Below are positions 1 through 9,578 of a stretch of 64,000 bases of DNA, piece by piece. The notes beneath the pieces were generated by a model. The model was not told the DNA's origin, ran no database searches, and saw only the letters and a list, made by a program, of their open reading frames with translations. The position numbers were made by a program, and so were the translations under genes. Source of the stretch: Halarcobacter sp. (GTDB taxonomy: Bacteria; Campylobacterota; Campylobacteria; Campylobacterales; Arcobacteraceae); contig OY781089.1 in assembly GCA_963676565.1 (NCBI GenBank), forward strand, positions 2,560,001 to 2,624,000, in the 5' to 3' direction. Position 1 is the first letter of the stretch. Every line of letters begins with the position of its first letter.

Positions 1-876
1 TATACAGATGCAATAAAAGATTTTTTAAAAGAGTTTGAGATTAAATCAGATGAAATTATAGCTATTGGTCTACATGGACAGACACTATGGCACTCTCCAA
101 ACAAACCCTATGCTTTTTCAATGCAATTAGGTGATGGATCACTTGTAGCGAAGAAACTTCAAATTGATGTGGTAAATGATTTTAGAAGTGCAGATATAGC
201 AAACAATGGACAAGGAGCACCTTTAACCCCTGCTTTTCATAAATCTTTATTTGATGATAAACAAACTGCAGTTTTAAATCTTGGAGGTATTGCAAATATC
301 ACTATTTTAACAAAGGAATACCTAGGTTTTGATACTGGTGTTGCAAATATTTTAAGTGATTACTGGATACAAAAAAATCAAAAAACCCCTTTTGATAAAA
401 ATGGTTCTTGGGCTAAAAGTGGAAAAGTAAATGAAGTGCTTTTAAAAGCTTTACTAGATGACCCTTATTTTAAGAAACTTCCCCCTAAAAGTACAGGTAG
501 AGAGTATTTTAATAGCACATGGTTAGAAAATAAATTAAAAAGCTTTTCTTCCATAAGTGCAGTTGATATACAAGCAACACTTTTAGAATTTACTATTGTT
601 CCTATAATTGAAATATTAAAAACAAAAGAGATAAAAAGATTAATTGTATGTGGTGGTGGAGCCCAAAATAAATTTTTAATGGAAAAATTATCAAATAAAC
701 TAAAGAATATAAAGGTAATAAAAAGTGATGGACTTGGAATTGATAGTAACTTCTTAGAAGCTATTGCTTTTGCATGGTTAGCTTACAAAAGAGTTAATCA
801 TCAAGCTATTGATTTGTCATCAATTACAGGTTCATCTAAACCAACTATTTTAGGAGCAATTCATGGAAAAGATTAA
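1..876 (+). CDS. anmK: Anhydro-N-acetylmuramic acid kinase (5' end lies outside window)
   Basis: Frame is open from position 1 (..IGLHGQTLWHSP..). AnmK motifs DFRSADIANNGQGAPLTP, NLGGIANIT, FDTG, PPKSTGREYF, CGGGA, EAIAFAWLA. Confidence 0.93.
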   Translation, partial: YTDAIKDFLKEFEIKSDEIIAIGLHGQTLWHSPNKPYAFSMQLGDGSLVAKKLQIDVVNDFRSADIANNGQGAPLTPAFHKSLFDDKQTAVLNLGGIANITILTKEYLGFDTGVANILSDYWIQKNQKTPFDKNGSWAKSGKVNEVLLKALLDDPYFKKLPPKSTGREYFNSTWLENKLKSFSSISAVDIQATLLEFTIVPIIEILKTKEIKRLIVCGGGAQNKFLMEKLSNKLKNIKVIKSDGLGIDSNFLEAIAFAWLAYKRVNHQAIDLSSITGSSKPTILGAIHGKD

Positions 877-1801
877 AGAGTTTTTAAAGGGTACCTCCTA
901 TGAAAACTTCACCATTGAAGTTGCTTCTAGTGATGCAAGTTTTAGACGATATTTTAGATTAAAAGATAAAAATACTAGTTTTATTTTAATGGATTCATCT
1001 TTAGAAAAAACATCTTTAGAACCATTTATAAAAGTAACAAATCTTTTATTAAGTGTAAATTCCCATGCTCCAAAAATCATTTTTGAAGATTGTGAAAAGG
1101 GTTTTTTAATTTTAGAAGATTTAGGCTCTTTAAATCTACTTGATAAATTAAACAAGGATAACTTTAAAGAACTATACAAAAAATGTATAGATGAAATTAT
1201 TACTATGCAAAAAATTGGTGGGAAAGATTTACCTTTATATGATGAAGCTTTCTTAAAACAAGAGATGAATTTAATGAAAGAGTGGTTTTTAAATAAATAC
1301 TTACAAAAAAACTTAAATAAAGAAGAGATTGAAGTTATTGAAAAGAGTATTGATTTAATAGCAAAAAAAGTACTTTCTCACCCTCAAGGAGTATTTGTAC
1401 ATAGAGATTTTCATTCAAGAAATATTATGTTTTGTGAACCACTTGGAATAATAGATTATCAAGATGCTATGAATGGTTCTATTGTATATGATTTAGTATC
1501 ATTGTTAAAAGATTTATATATAAAATTTAATCCAAAAAATATACAAGAATTGGCACTTTATTTCAAAGAGCAAAAGAAACTTCAAATAGATGATGAAGAG
1601 TTTTTAAAATGGTTTGATTTTATGGGATTACAAAGACATATAAAAGTTTTAGGTATTTTTGCAAGACTTTATATAAGAGACAACAAAGATGGCTATTTAA
1701 AAGATTTACCTCTTACTTTAGAGTATGTTCTTGAAAGCTTAGAAAAATATCCAGAGCTTAATGAACTTTATGAAATATTATCAAAGGTAAAATTACCATG
1801 A
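863..1801 (+). CDS. amgK: Anomeric MurNAc/GlcNAc kinase (APH-like phosphotransferase)
   Basis: ASSDASFRRYFR, HRDFHSRNIM, IDYQDA, QRHIKVLGIFARL motifs; lies between anmK and murU. Confidence 0.85.
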   Translation: MEKIKEFLKGTSYENFTIEVASSDASFRRYFRLKDKNTSFILMDSSLEKTSLEPFIKVTNLLLSVNSHAPKIIFEDCEKGFLILEDLGSLNLLDKLNKDNFKELYKKCIDEIITMQKIGGKDLPLYDEAFLKQEMNLMKEWFLNKYLQKNLNKEEIEVIEKSIDLIAKKVLSHPQGVFVHRDFHSRNIMFCEPLGIIDYQDAMNGSIVYDLVSLLKDLYIKFNPKNIQELALYFKEQKKLQIDDEEFLKWFDFMGLQRHIKVLGIFARLYIRDNKDGYLKDLPLTLEYVLESLEKYPELNELYEILSKVKLP

Positions 1802-2454
1802 CTGCACCAAATATGACAGCCCAAAATATGATAGCATTAATACTTGCAGCGGGTAGAGGTGAAAGAATGAAACCTTTAACAAACACAACACCAAAACCAC
1901 TTTTAAAAGTAAAGGAAAAAGCTTTGATAGAGTGGCATATTGAAAAGTTGGTTTCAAAGGGATTTACAACAATTATTATAAATATCGCCTATTTAGGTGA
2001 GCAAATCATGGAAAAACTAGGTGATGGTTCAAAATGGGGAATTAAAATAATCTATAGTGATGAGAGACAAAGTGGTGCTTTGGAAACAGCAGGTGCTATT
2101 ATTAAATCATTACCACTTTTAAGTGAAACTTTTTTAGTTGTAAATGCAGATATATGGTGTGACTATGATTTTGATATAAATTACAAATTAGATAACTCTT
2201 TAGCCCATCTTATTTTAGTGCAAAACCCAAAACATAATCTAAGTGGAGATTTTAAATATGAAGGTTCTTCTTACACCTTTAGTGGTATTGGATATTATAG
2301 TAAAAAGATTTTTGAAAATATGAAACTAGAAAAAAAAGCTTTAGGCCCACTTCTAAAAGAACTTGACTCTCAAAATAAAATCAGTTTTGAAGTTTATAAA
2401 GGTGTTTGGAGTGATATTGGAACTCCACAACGTCTAAAATTAGCTAATATATAA
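1798..2454 (+). CDS. murU: MurNAc-alpha-1-P uridylyltransferase (NTP transferase)
   Basis: ILAAGRGERMKPLTNTTPKPLL, ALETAGAI, WSDIGTPQRL; overlaps amgK stop. The true start may be ATG 1813 or 1828. Confidence 0.85.
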   Translation: MTAPNMTAQNMIALILAAGRGERMKPLTNTTPKPLLKVKEKALIEWHIEKLVSKGFTTIIINIAYLGEQIMEKLGDGSKWGIKIIYSDERQSGALETAGAIIKSLPLLSETFLVVNADIWCDYDFDINYKLDNSLAHLILVQNPKHNLSGDFKYEGSSYTFSGIGYYSKKIFENMKLEKKALGPLLKELDSQNKISFEVYKGVWSDIGTPQRLKLANI

Positions 2455-2479
2455 TTGAATTTAATAAGGAATATAATCA

Positions 2480-4453
2480 ATGACTAGATCTTATTATTCT
2501 AATAGCATTAAAATTTTTTTGAATGATGACATAGATAAAATATTAGGTCAACTCACAAGAAAACATAGTCACTCGTTAGATGATTTACAAAAAAATGCCT
2601 GGATAAAACAAATTGATATTTTGAAATCAACATTTAAAAATACCCATAGAGGTCATATTTTCTTTGAATTTGCCATTCCTAGAATGGGTAAAAGAGTTGA
2701 TAATATTGTTATTATTGATGATTCAATCTTTATAATAGAATTTAAAGTTGGAGCTAATAAATATGAAAACTATGCAATAGAACAAGTTTTAGATTATTCT
2801 AATGACTTAAAAAATTTTCACGAAGGGAGTCATCACAATAAGATATTTCCAATATTAGTATCTACAGAATCTGATTATATTAATAATAAGATTGAAACTC
2901 TTCAAGACTTATTATTTAAACCATTACTTGCAAATAAAGATAATATTACAGAATCTATAGAAAAATGCTTAGAATATAATCAAATGAAACCTATTGATCC
3001 TCTTCAATGGTCTAATTCAATTTATAAACCAACTCCTACAATTATTGAAGCTGCACAAGCACTATACAAAGGCCATGATGTAAAAGAAATATCACGTTCT
3101 GACTCTGGTGCAATAAATTTAACTAGAACAACAGAAAGTATAAATAGAATTATTGAAAATTCAAAAAATAATAATTTAAAATCTATATGTTTTATAACTG
3201 GTGTTCCTGGTGCAGGGAAAACACTTGCTGGACTCAATATTGCTAATGAAAGAATGAATATTGATAAAAATGAGCATGCTGTTTTCTTATCTGGAAATGG
3301 TCCCCTAGTAGATGTTCTAAGAGAAGCCCTTACTAGAGATGAAGTTAAAAATGCAAGTAATTCTGGAAAAAAATTAACAAAAAAAGAAGCTGCAATTAAA
3401 GCTAATTCATTTATTCAAAATATCCATCATTTTAGAGATGATGCACTTATGAATAATAAGGCGCCAATAGAAAAAGTTGTAGTATTTGATGAAGCACAAA
3501 GAGCTTGGAATGAAAAACAAACTAGTTCATTTATGAAAAGAAAAAAAGGTCACGATAATTTTAATTCATCAGAGCCTAACTTTTTAATAAATGTTATGAA
3601 TAGACATCAAAATTGGTGTACTATTATTTGTTTAATTGGAGGAGGACAAGAAATCAACACAGGTGAAGCTGGTCTTGAAGAATGGGTAAATTCACTAAAA
3701 CATAATTTCAAAGACTGGAATATTTTTTACTCAAATTTAATTGTTCAAGATGAAAACTATTTAAATAATTTAGAACTAAAGCAATGGTTAATAAATAATG
3801 CAAAAGTAGAGAAAGATCTCCATTTAGCTGTATCAGTTCGTTCTTTTAGGTCAGAAAGATTATCAGAATTTATACATTTATTATTAACTTTAGACTTAAA
3901 TAAATGTAGAGAAATTTATTCAAAGTATTTGAAAAAAGCTTATCCTATTAAAATCACAAGAAACTTTGAAAATGCTAAACAATGGTTAAAACAACATGCT
4001 ATTGGAAGTGAAAGAAATGGAATATTAGCTTCTTCTGGAGCATATAGGTTAAGACCACATGGTATTAATGTAAAGAATCAAATAGACGCTCCCATTTGGT
4101 TTTTAAACGATAAGTACGATATTAGGTCATCTTATTTTAATGAAGAAGTTGCAACAGAATTTGATGTTCAAGGATTAGAATTAGATTGGATATGTGTTTG
4201 TTGGGATGGGGACTTCTATCTAAAAAACAATAAATGGGTATATAGAAAATTCAAAGGTACCAAATGGCAAAATGTTAATCAAGATATAATTAAGAATTAT
4301 TTATTAAATGCTTATAGAGTTTTACTTACTAGAGCTAGACAAGGTATGATCATTTTTATCCCTTATGGAACAAATGATGATTCGACAAGATTAAATGAGT
4401 TTTATGATGAAACCTTTGAATATTTAACACAAATTGGAATAGAAGAAATTTAA
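2480..4453 (+). CDS. DUF2075-family (Schlafen group 3-like) helicase with N-terminal nuclease-like domain
   Basis: Walker A GVPGAGKT, DEAQR, QGLELD, NAYRVLLTRARQG; N-terminal EF..P...KRVD...IIEFK resembles a PD-(D/E)xK nuclease. Confidence 0.8.
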   Translation: MTRSYYSNSIKIFLNDDIDKILGQLTRKHSHSLDDLQKNAWIKQIDILKSTFKNTHRGHIFFEFAIPRMGKRVDNIVIIDDSIFIIEFKVGANKYENYAIEQVLDYSNDLKNFHEGSHHNKIFPILVSTESDYINNKIETLQDLLFKPLLANKDNITESIEKCLEYNQMKPIDPLQWSNSIYKPTPTIIEAAQALYKGHDVKEISRSDSGAINLTRTTESINRIIENSKNNNLKSICFITGVPGAGKTLAGLNIANERMNIDKNEHAVFLSGNGPLVDVLREALTRDEVKNASNSGKKLTKKEAAIKANSFIQNIHHFRDDALMNNKAPIEKVVVFDEAQRAWNEKQTSSFMKRKKGHDNFNSSEPNFLINVMNRHQNWCTIICLIGGGQEINTGEAGLEEWVNSLKHNFKDWNIFYSNLIVQDENYLNNLELKQWLINNAKVEKDLHLAVSVRSFRSERLSEFIHLLLTLDLNKCREIYSKYLKKAYPIKITRNFENAKQWLKQHAIGSERNGILASSGAYRLRPHGINVKNQIDAPIWFLNDKYDIRSSYFNEEVATEFDVQGLELDWICVCWDGDFYLKNNKWVYRKFKGTKWQNVNQDIIKNYLLNAYRVLLTRARQGMIIFIPYGTNDDSTRLNEFYDETFEYLTQIGIEEI

Positions 4454-5271
4454 TTAAAACTTTCTAAATATTTAGCCACAGCATCTTCATCATTTGTATA
4501 AGAGGAAACATATGTAGCTATTTTTTTTAAGTCGTCATGGGCATTAGAAACTGCAACACTAGTTTGAGCAAGTTCGAACATTCCCATATCATTTAAATTA
4601 TCACCAAAAACTGTAAAATCTTTATAATCAACTTGCATCAACTCATGAACAGTTTTTAATCCATGGGCTTTATCTGCATCTTTATGTAAAATTGTTAGAA
4701 AATAACATCCCATATAAGCTTCTGGAGCTAAAATAGATTTAATTTCATCTTTAAAAATAGAATGAATATTTTCTTGTAATTGTTGTAATTGCTCTTTTGT
4801 AGAGAAATAAACTATTTTGAAATTCTCTTTCATAGCTTTTATATTGTTAGATTCTTGAAGATTGTCATCCATATGATATCTTTTTATCAACTCATTAGTA
4901 TAACTATTTCTTTGTTTTGGATATAAAAAAGCCTCATTAAGATTTTTATCTTTTAGGGATAAAACAACAGGATAGATTCCAAGTTTTCTTCCACATTCAA
5001 TAATTTCATTTCCAATCTCTTGGGATAAGATTTTCATATCTAAAATCTTTTTTTCAGGAGATACAATTAGTGAACCATCAAGTAAAATCATTGGTGCGTT
5101 TGTATTAAGTCCTTTTAAAAACTGTTCACTTTTTTTATAACTTCTAGCTGTTGCAATACTCATAATATGTTTTTTTGACATATTATTCCAGGTGTTTAAA
5201 CTATAAGGGCTAATAGATAAGTCATTACGTAAAAAAGTGTGGTCAAGATCAGTTAAAAAAAGTTTAGTCAT
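4450..5271 (-). CDS. Cof-type HAD superfamily hydrolase
   Basis: DLDHT motif I, ATAR, K, GDNLND motif, NDEDAVA C-terminus. Confidence 0.85.
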   Translation of the reverse strand: MTKLFLTDLDHTFLRNDLSISPYSLNTWNNMSKKHIMSIATARSYKKSEQFLKGLNTNAPMILLDGSLIVSPEKKILDMKILSQEIGNEIIECGRKLGIYPVVLSLKDKNLNEAFLYPKQRNSYTNELIKRYHMDDNLQESNNIKAMKENFKIVYFSTKEQLQQLQENIHSIFKDEIKSILAPEAYMGCYFLTILHKDADKAHGLKTVHELMQVDYKDFTVFGDNLNDMGMFELAQTSVAVSNAHDDLKKIATYVSSYTNDEDAVAKYLESFN

Positions 5272-5316
5272 AATTATCCTTCAAATCAATCTTGATAGTG
5301 TATTATTATGCTACTG

Positions 5317-5343
5317 TAGTTTCACTAAAAAATAGTGAAACTA
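5317..5343. terminator. Inverted repeat, probable intrinsic terminator
   Basis: TAGTTTCACTA-aaaaa-TAGTGAAACTA just downstream of the 5363..5926 gene. Confidence 0.6.
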
Positions 5344-5362
5344 AAAATTTATTGAAGATATA

Positions 5363-5926
5363 TTAAACTGCACCCATAAGTTGTTTTGAGCTTTCCCCTA
5401 CAAAAGTCAACATTTCTTCATATGATGCACTTGCCTCATCTACATCAGTATCAATCAACTCATCATATACTGCTTCAATTTTTTCTTCTTGTTTTTTTAA
5501 TCTCTTCATATCAGATTTCTCTAAATCTGCTAGTTCTAAAAGTTCATTCCAAACAGAGCTTTCATCTAAAGGAAATGCAGTAAATTTGATACCTTCATAC
5601 TCAAAAGTACCAGCTTTTTCTAAATCTGTTACATATAATAGATATAAACCACCAGATACTAAAAAATCTTTATATTTTTCTACTAATGGTGCTAAGTCAT
5701 GAAAACTTTCTAATTCACAAGCAAAAAATTTCATTGTTCCATCAAGAATAGTAATTACTTGTTTTGCCTGAATCTTTGGAGGAAGTTTTCTATCAGGAGA
5801 GATTTGTTTTCCAGGTTCGACTATTAAAGCTCCCCTATATCCATATGTTCCATCACTTAATTCACCTTGAAATGATGGTTGCCATGCTAATTCATTTTCC
5901 TTTAAAAACTCTACGAAATTTGCCAT
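5363..5926 (-). CDS. Conserved-looking acidic hypothetical protein preceded by a sigma54-type promoter
   Basis: 187-aa ORF with AAGGA RBS; no family recognised. Confidence 0.75.
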   Translation of the reverse strand: MANFVEFLKENELAWQPSFQGELSDGTYGYRGALIVEPGKQISPDRKLPPKIQAKQVITILDGTMKFFACELESFHDLAPLVEKYKDFLVSGGLYLLYVTDLEKAGTFEYEGIKFTAFPLDESSVWNELLELADLEKSDMKRLKKQEEKIEAVYDELIDTDVDEASASYEEMLTFVGESSKQLMGAV

Positions 5927-5958
5927 TTTTATTCCTTGTATTTATATTTTCCAATGTA

Positions 5959-5976
5959 ATGCAAGAAATATTCCCT
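5959..5976 (-). promoter_or_regulatory. sigma54 (-24/-12) promoter motif
   Basis: Minus strand GG-AATATTTCTT-GC-AT (GG 5974-5973, GC 5962-5961), 35 bp from the ATG. Confidence 0.6.
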
Positions 5977-5990
5977 AAGCTTTTTTTACT

Positions 5991-7547
5991 CTACATAAAC
6001 CTTTCAAAGCTTTGAGGATATGGAGTATTTAATAAATCACCCTTTTGCATAGGTGGAAACAATTCATCATATCTTTTATAGCTAGTTTGGTCTAACCTTC
6101 TAAAAATATGTGTTCTATTTAGCTTGTGTGGATTATCAAGTCCTGCTGATGCAATTATCTCAATAAAACTTTCTAAAGTTACTTCATGAAAATTTGCAAC
6201 TCTTTGTTTTTTGTCTTCGACTACAAGTCCTTTTGCTAATCTTGGATTTTGAGTAGCAACACCCGTTGGGCAAGTATTTTTATGACATTGTAAAGCCTGA
6301 ATACATCCAAGACTTAACATCATTCCTCTAGCACTTGCTACTAAATCAGCCCCAAGAGAGAAGGCTTTAGCTATATCCATTCCATTTAAAATTTTTCCAG
6401 AAGCAACAACTTTAATCTCATCTTTTAAATTAAATCCATTTAAACAATCAACTACAAAAACCAAGGCCTCTCTAAGTGGCATACCAACAGAATTTGTATA
6501 TTCTAAAGGAGCAGCACCAGTTCCACCTTCACCACCATCAACAGTTATAAAATCTGGTCTAATGTTATGTTCAACCATTGCTTTACAAATATCAATAAAT
6601 TCCTCTTTTCTTCCAACACAAAGTTTAAATCCAACGGGCTTTCCTTCAGTTAAATCCCTTAATCTTTTAATAAATTTTAAAAGTCCTAAACTTGAATTAA
6701 AAGCACTGTGTGTTGGTGGAGAATCAACTCTTGTATGTGGTTTAACATCTCTATCCTCAGCTATTTCAAGGGTATTTTTATTTGCTGGTAAAATACCGCC
6801 ATGTCCAGGTTTTGCCCCTTGAGAAAGTTTAATCTCAATCATTTTTACATTTTCATTTAATGCTTTTTTAGTAAATTTTTCTTCATGAAAATTTCCATCT
6901 TCATCTCTACAACCAAAATATCCAGTTCCAATTTGCCATATCAAATCACAATTAGATGCTAAATGATATCTACTTAATCCACCTTCCCCTGTGTTTAAAG
7001 CAAAATTTCCAATTTTAGCGCCATGTCCTAAAGCCATAATAGCATTTGAACTTAAGGCTCCAAAACTCATGGCAGAAATATTTAAAATAGATGAATCATA
7101 TGGGACTTTACAATCACTACCACCTATTAATACTCTTGGACTTAAGTCTAAATCATGGGCTTTTAAAGCATGTAAAGAGTGTCCTATCCACTCATAACCT
7201 TCTTGATAAACATCCATCTTAGTTCCAAAAGGAATTGTACTTTGTTGTTTTTTTGAACGTCTATAAACTACACTTCTTGCTTGTCTATTAATTGGAACCC
7301 CATCCATATCAGATTCAATAAAATATTGTCTAATAGGAGGTCTAAGCTCTTCTAAAACCCATCTCATACGTGCAACTACAGGGAAGTTTCTCCATAAGGC
7401 ATGTTTAGTTTGTTTTGTATCATAAATACCAACTGCAATTAAAACTGCAAATATCAAAGCAAGCCATAAAAATGATAAATCGATAATAGAAAGGATAATT
7501 ATAAAAATAGATCCAAAGATGATAATTTTTTGAAATAGTTTAGGCAT
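5991..7547 (-). CDS. FMN-binding glutamate synthase family protein
   Basis: SAMSFGALS, NTGEGG, EIKLSQGAKPGHGG, DGGEGGTGAAP, CIQALQCHKNTCPTGVATQ; likely start MPKLF at 7547. Confidence 0.88.
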   Translation of the reverse strand: MPKLFQKIIIFGSIFIIILSIIDLSFLWLALIFAVLIAVGIYDTKQTKHALWRNFPVVARMRWVLEELRPPIRQYFIESDMDGVPINRQARSVVYRRSKKQQSTIPFGTKMDVYQEGYEWIGHSLHALKAHDLDLSPRVLIGGSDCKVPYDSSILNISAMSFGALSSNAIMALGHGAKIGNFALNTGEGGLSRYHLASNCDLIWQIGTGYFGCRDEDGNFHEEKFTKKALNENVKMIEIKLSQGAKPGHGGILPANKNTLEIAEDRDVKPHTRVDSPPTHSAFNSSLGLLKFIKRLRDLTEGKPVGFKLCVGRKEEFIDICKAMVEHNIRPDFITVDGGEGGTGAAPLEYTNSVGMPLREALVFVVDCLNGFNLKDEIKVVASGKILNGMDIAKAFSLGADLVASARGMMLSLGCIQALQCHKNTCPTGVATQNPRLAKGLVVEDKKQRVANFHEVTLESFIEIIASAGLDNPHKLNRTHIFRRLDQTSYKRYDELFPPMQKGDLLNTPYPQSFERFM

Positions 7548-7588
7548 AAGGAAGTCTCTTTTTTTATTTTTATTATACAAAAAAGAGA

Positions 7589-7891
7589 TTAATTAGAAGG
7601 TTTATATTTTTTAGTTATCCTTGCAAAATCATAAAAATCACTTAACATTAAATAGCGAATTTGAATATCTTCAAATTTCTTATGAACTATTTCTAAACCT
7701 TCATTATATAATCTTACATCTTCAATAAATTCATTTGGATAATCAAGCTTTTCCTCTTTTATTTGAGGGAAACATTCCATAAATTGAAAAAAAAGTTTAT
7801 TTACAAGTTCTTTTTTTTCATTGCTTGGTTCTTTTAAAAAACCTTTTAGAGTTTCAAACTCTTTACAAATTTCTACTAAACACTTGTACAT
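7589..7891 (-). CDS. Hypothetical protein
   Basis: 100-aa ORF overlapping the end of the upstream ArsC-family gene (operon). Confidence 0.7.
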   Translation of the reverse strand: MYKCLVEICKEFETLKGFLKEPSNEKKELVNKLFFQFMECFPQIKEEKLDYPNEFIEDVRLYNEGLEIVHKKFEDIQIRYLMLSDFYDFARITKKYKPSN

Positions 7892-8301
7892 GAATCACTA
7901 CTACTTTGACAAGTACCAATTTGTTTTTTTGTATCAAGTTCTAAATCTAAGACATCATTTAATTTTGCCATATCAAATCCACAAATTTTACTATCATCTA
8001 CAATTATCAAAGGTCTTTTTATTAAAATTGGATCATTAATCATTTTATATATCAATTGTTCTTTGGTGACTGAATTTAAGTCAATTTCACCGTTTTTTAT
8101 CTTTGGAGCAGTTTCATTTACAATTTCATTTTTTTCTAGTCCTACAAAAAATGACTCTAAGGTTTTTTTGTCCCATTTTGTATCAAGTATAGATTTAACT
8201 TCAAACTCAAGACCGTTGGCTTTTAAAAGCTCTTTTTGTTTTTTATTTCCTAAACAACCAGGCTTCTCATAAAAAACAATCTTTTTTTTAACATAAAACA
8301 T
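7876..8301 (-). CDS. ArsC/Spx-family protein, nitrogenase-associated type
   Basis: IVFYEKPGC..N.KQK..L...G, APKIKNGE, DPILIKRPL..GFD matches the pattern of the nitrogenase-associated ArsC subfamily. Confidence 0.75.
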   Translation of the reverse strand: MFYVKKKIVFYEKPGCLGNKKQKELLKANGLEFEVKSILDTKWDKKTLESFFVGLEKNEIVNETAPKIKNGEIDLNSVTKEQLIYKMINDPILIKRPLIIVDDSKICGFDMAKLNDVLDLELDTKKQIGTCQSSSDSCTSV

Positions 8302-8328
8302 TTTGTCTCCTTCATCCTAATAATCTAT

Positions 8329-8346
8329 ATGCAAATATCATGCCTT
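8329..8346 (-). promoter_or_regulatory. sigma54 (-24/-12) promoter motif
   Basis: Minus strand AA-GG-CATGATATTT-GC-AT, 30 bp from ATG 8301. Confidence 0.7.
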
Positions 8347-8355
8347 TTATTGTTT

Positions 8356-8373
8356 ACGGTATTATTTTTGCAT
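8356..8373 (+). promoter_or_regulatory. Possible divergent sigma54 promoter motif
   Basis: AC-GG-TATTATTTTT-GC-AT, 35 bp before ATG 8406; an overlapping TATAAT makes sigma70 an alternative. Confidence 0.45.
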
Positions 8374-8405
8374 ATAATACTTTTTTTCAATTACAAAGGT
8401 ATTAC

Positions 8406-9578
8406 ATGCTTTCAAAATATTCATTCGGAACTTATAGAACAACTTATCAAAATCCAATTCATAAAGAAGCTTTAAATTTTGCATTAGATAATGGGATTAC
8501 TCATATTGATACTTCATCAAACTATATGCATGGTGAAGCAGAAATTATGATAGGTCAAATAATAGAAAATAGAAATAGAGAAGATTTCACTATTGTTTCA
8601 AAGGGTGGTTATATCCAAGGTGAAAACCTAAAAAGAGTTATGGAAGGCTTTAAAGTTGAAGATTTAGTAAGATATGATGAAAACTGTTTTCACAGTATCC
8701 ATGAAGAGTTTTTAGAAGATCAAATCAATAGAAGTTTAGAAAGATTAAAAACAAACTACATCGATGTCTATCTACTTCATAATCCCGAATACTACTTATT
8801 AAAAGAGATAAAAGTTGGTATGACAGAACAAGCCATCTTAAAACACCACGAGATTATGCAACAAAGAATAAAAAGAGCCTTTGCCTTTTTAGAAGCAAAG
8901 GTTAAAGAAGGAAAAATAAAAGCCTATGGTATTAGCTCAAACTCCTTTGCAAAAAAAAGAATAAATTACCACTTTTTAGAGTATAAACACTTAATAAACT
9001 ATGCAAAAGAGATTGCAGGAGATAATCACAATTTTAAAGTAATACAATTGCCTATGAATATGTTTGAAAATGATGGTGAAGAGTGTGCAAAATGGGCCCA
9101 TGAAAATGGTTTAGAAGTTCATATTAATAGACCATTAAATGCGATGAAAGAGGATAGAATGATTAGGCTTGCTTCATATGAAGAGTGTATAAATTATGAT
9201 TCCCTTTTAGCTCAAATTAGAGAAATAAATAATGATGCCTTTCAAGAGGTTATTGACCAGATTTTAAAAATAGAAAATGATTACAGATGGGCTGGCGATG
9301 TTGATGATATATTAGAGTATCAAGTAATCCCTTATATTGTTCAAAATATCAATCTTGACCCAGTTTATTTTCAATTAGTTGATAACTTTTTAAACTGTTA
9401 TAAAAGTAATATAAAAAGTAGAATTTCAAAAGAAGTAGCAAAGGAAATAAATATAAATGGTCCAATAGATGGTGTTGCTTTAAAATATTTGGAACAAAAA
9501 GAGTATGTTACAAGAATACTTGTGGGGATGAGAGATAAAAGATATGTAAAAAAGATTTTAGATTACTCTAAAATCTAA
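8406..9578 (+). CDS. Aldo/keto reductase family protein
   Basis: FGTYR, HIDTSSNY, SKGGY, SLERLKTNYIDVYLLHNPE, YGISSN; start taken at ATG 8406 after AAGG. Confidence 0.85.
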   Translation: MLSKYSFGTYRTTYQNPIHKEALNFALDNGITHIDTSSNYMHGEAEIMIGQIIENRNREDFTIVSKGGYIQGENLKRVMEGFKVEDLVRYDENCFHSIHEEFLEDQINRSLERLKTNYIDVYLLHNPEYYLLKEIKVGMTEQAILKHHEIMQQRIKRAFAFLEAKVKEGKIKAYGISSNSFAKKRINYHFLEYKHLINYAKEIAGDNHNFKVIQLPMNMFENDGEECAKWAHENGLEVHINRPLNAMKEDRMIRLASYEECINYDSLLAQIREINNDAFQEVIDQILKIENDYRWAGDVDDILEYQVIPYIVQNINLDPVYFQLVDNFLNCYKSNIKSRISKEVAKEININGPIDGVALKYLEQKEYVTRILVGMRDKRYVKKILDYSKI

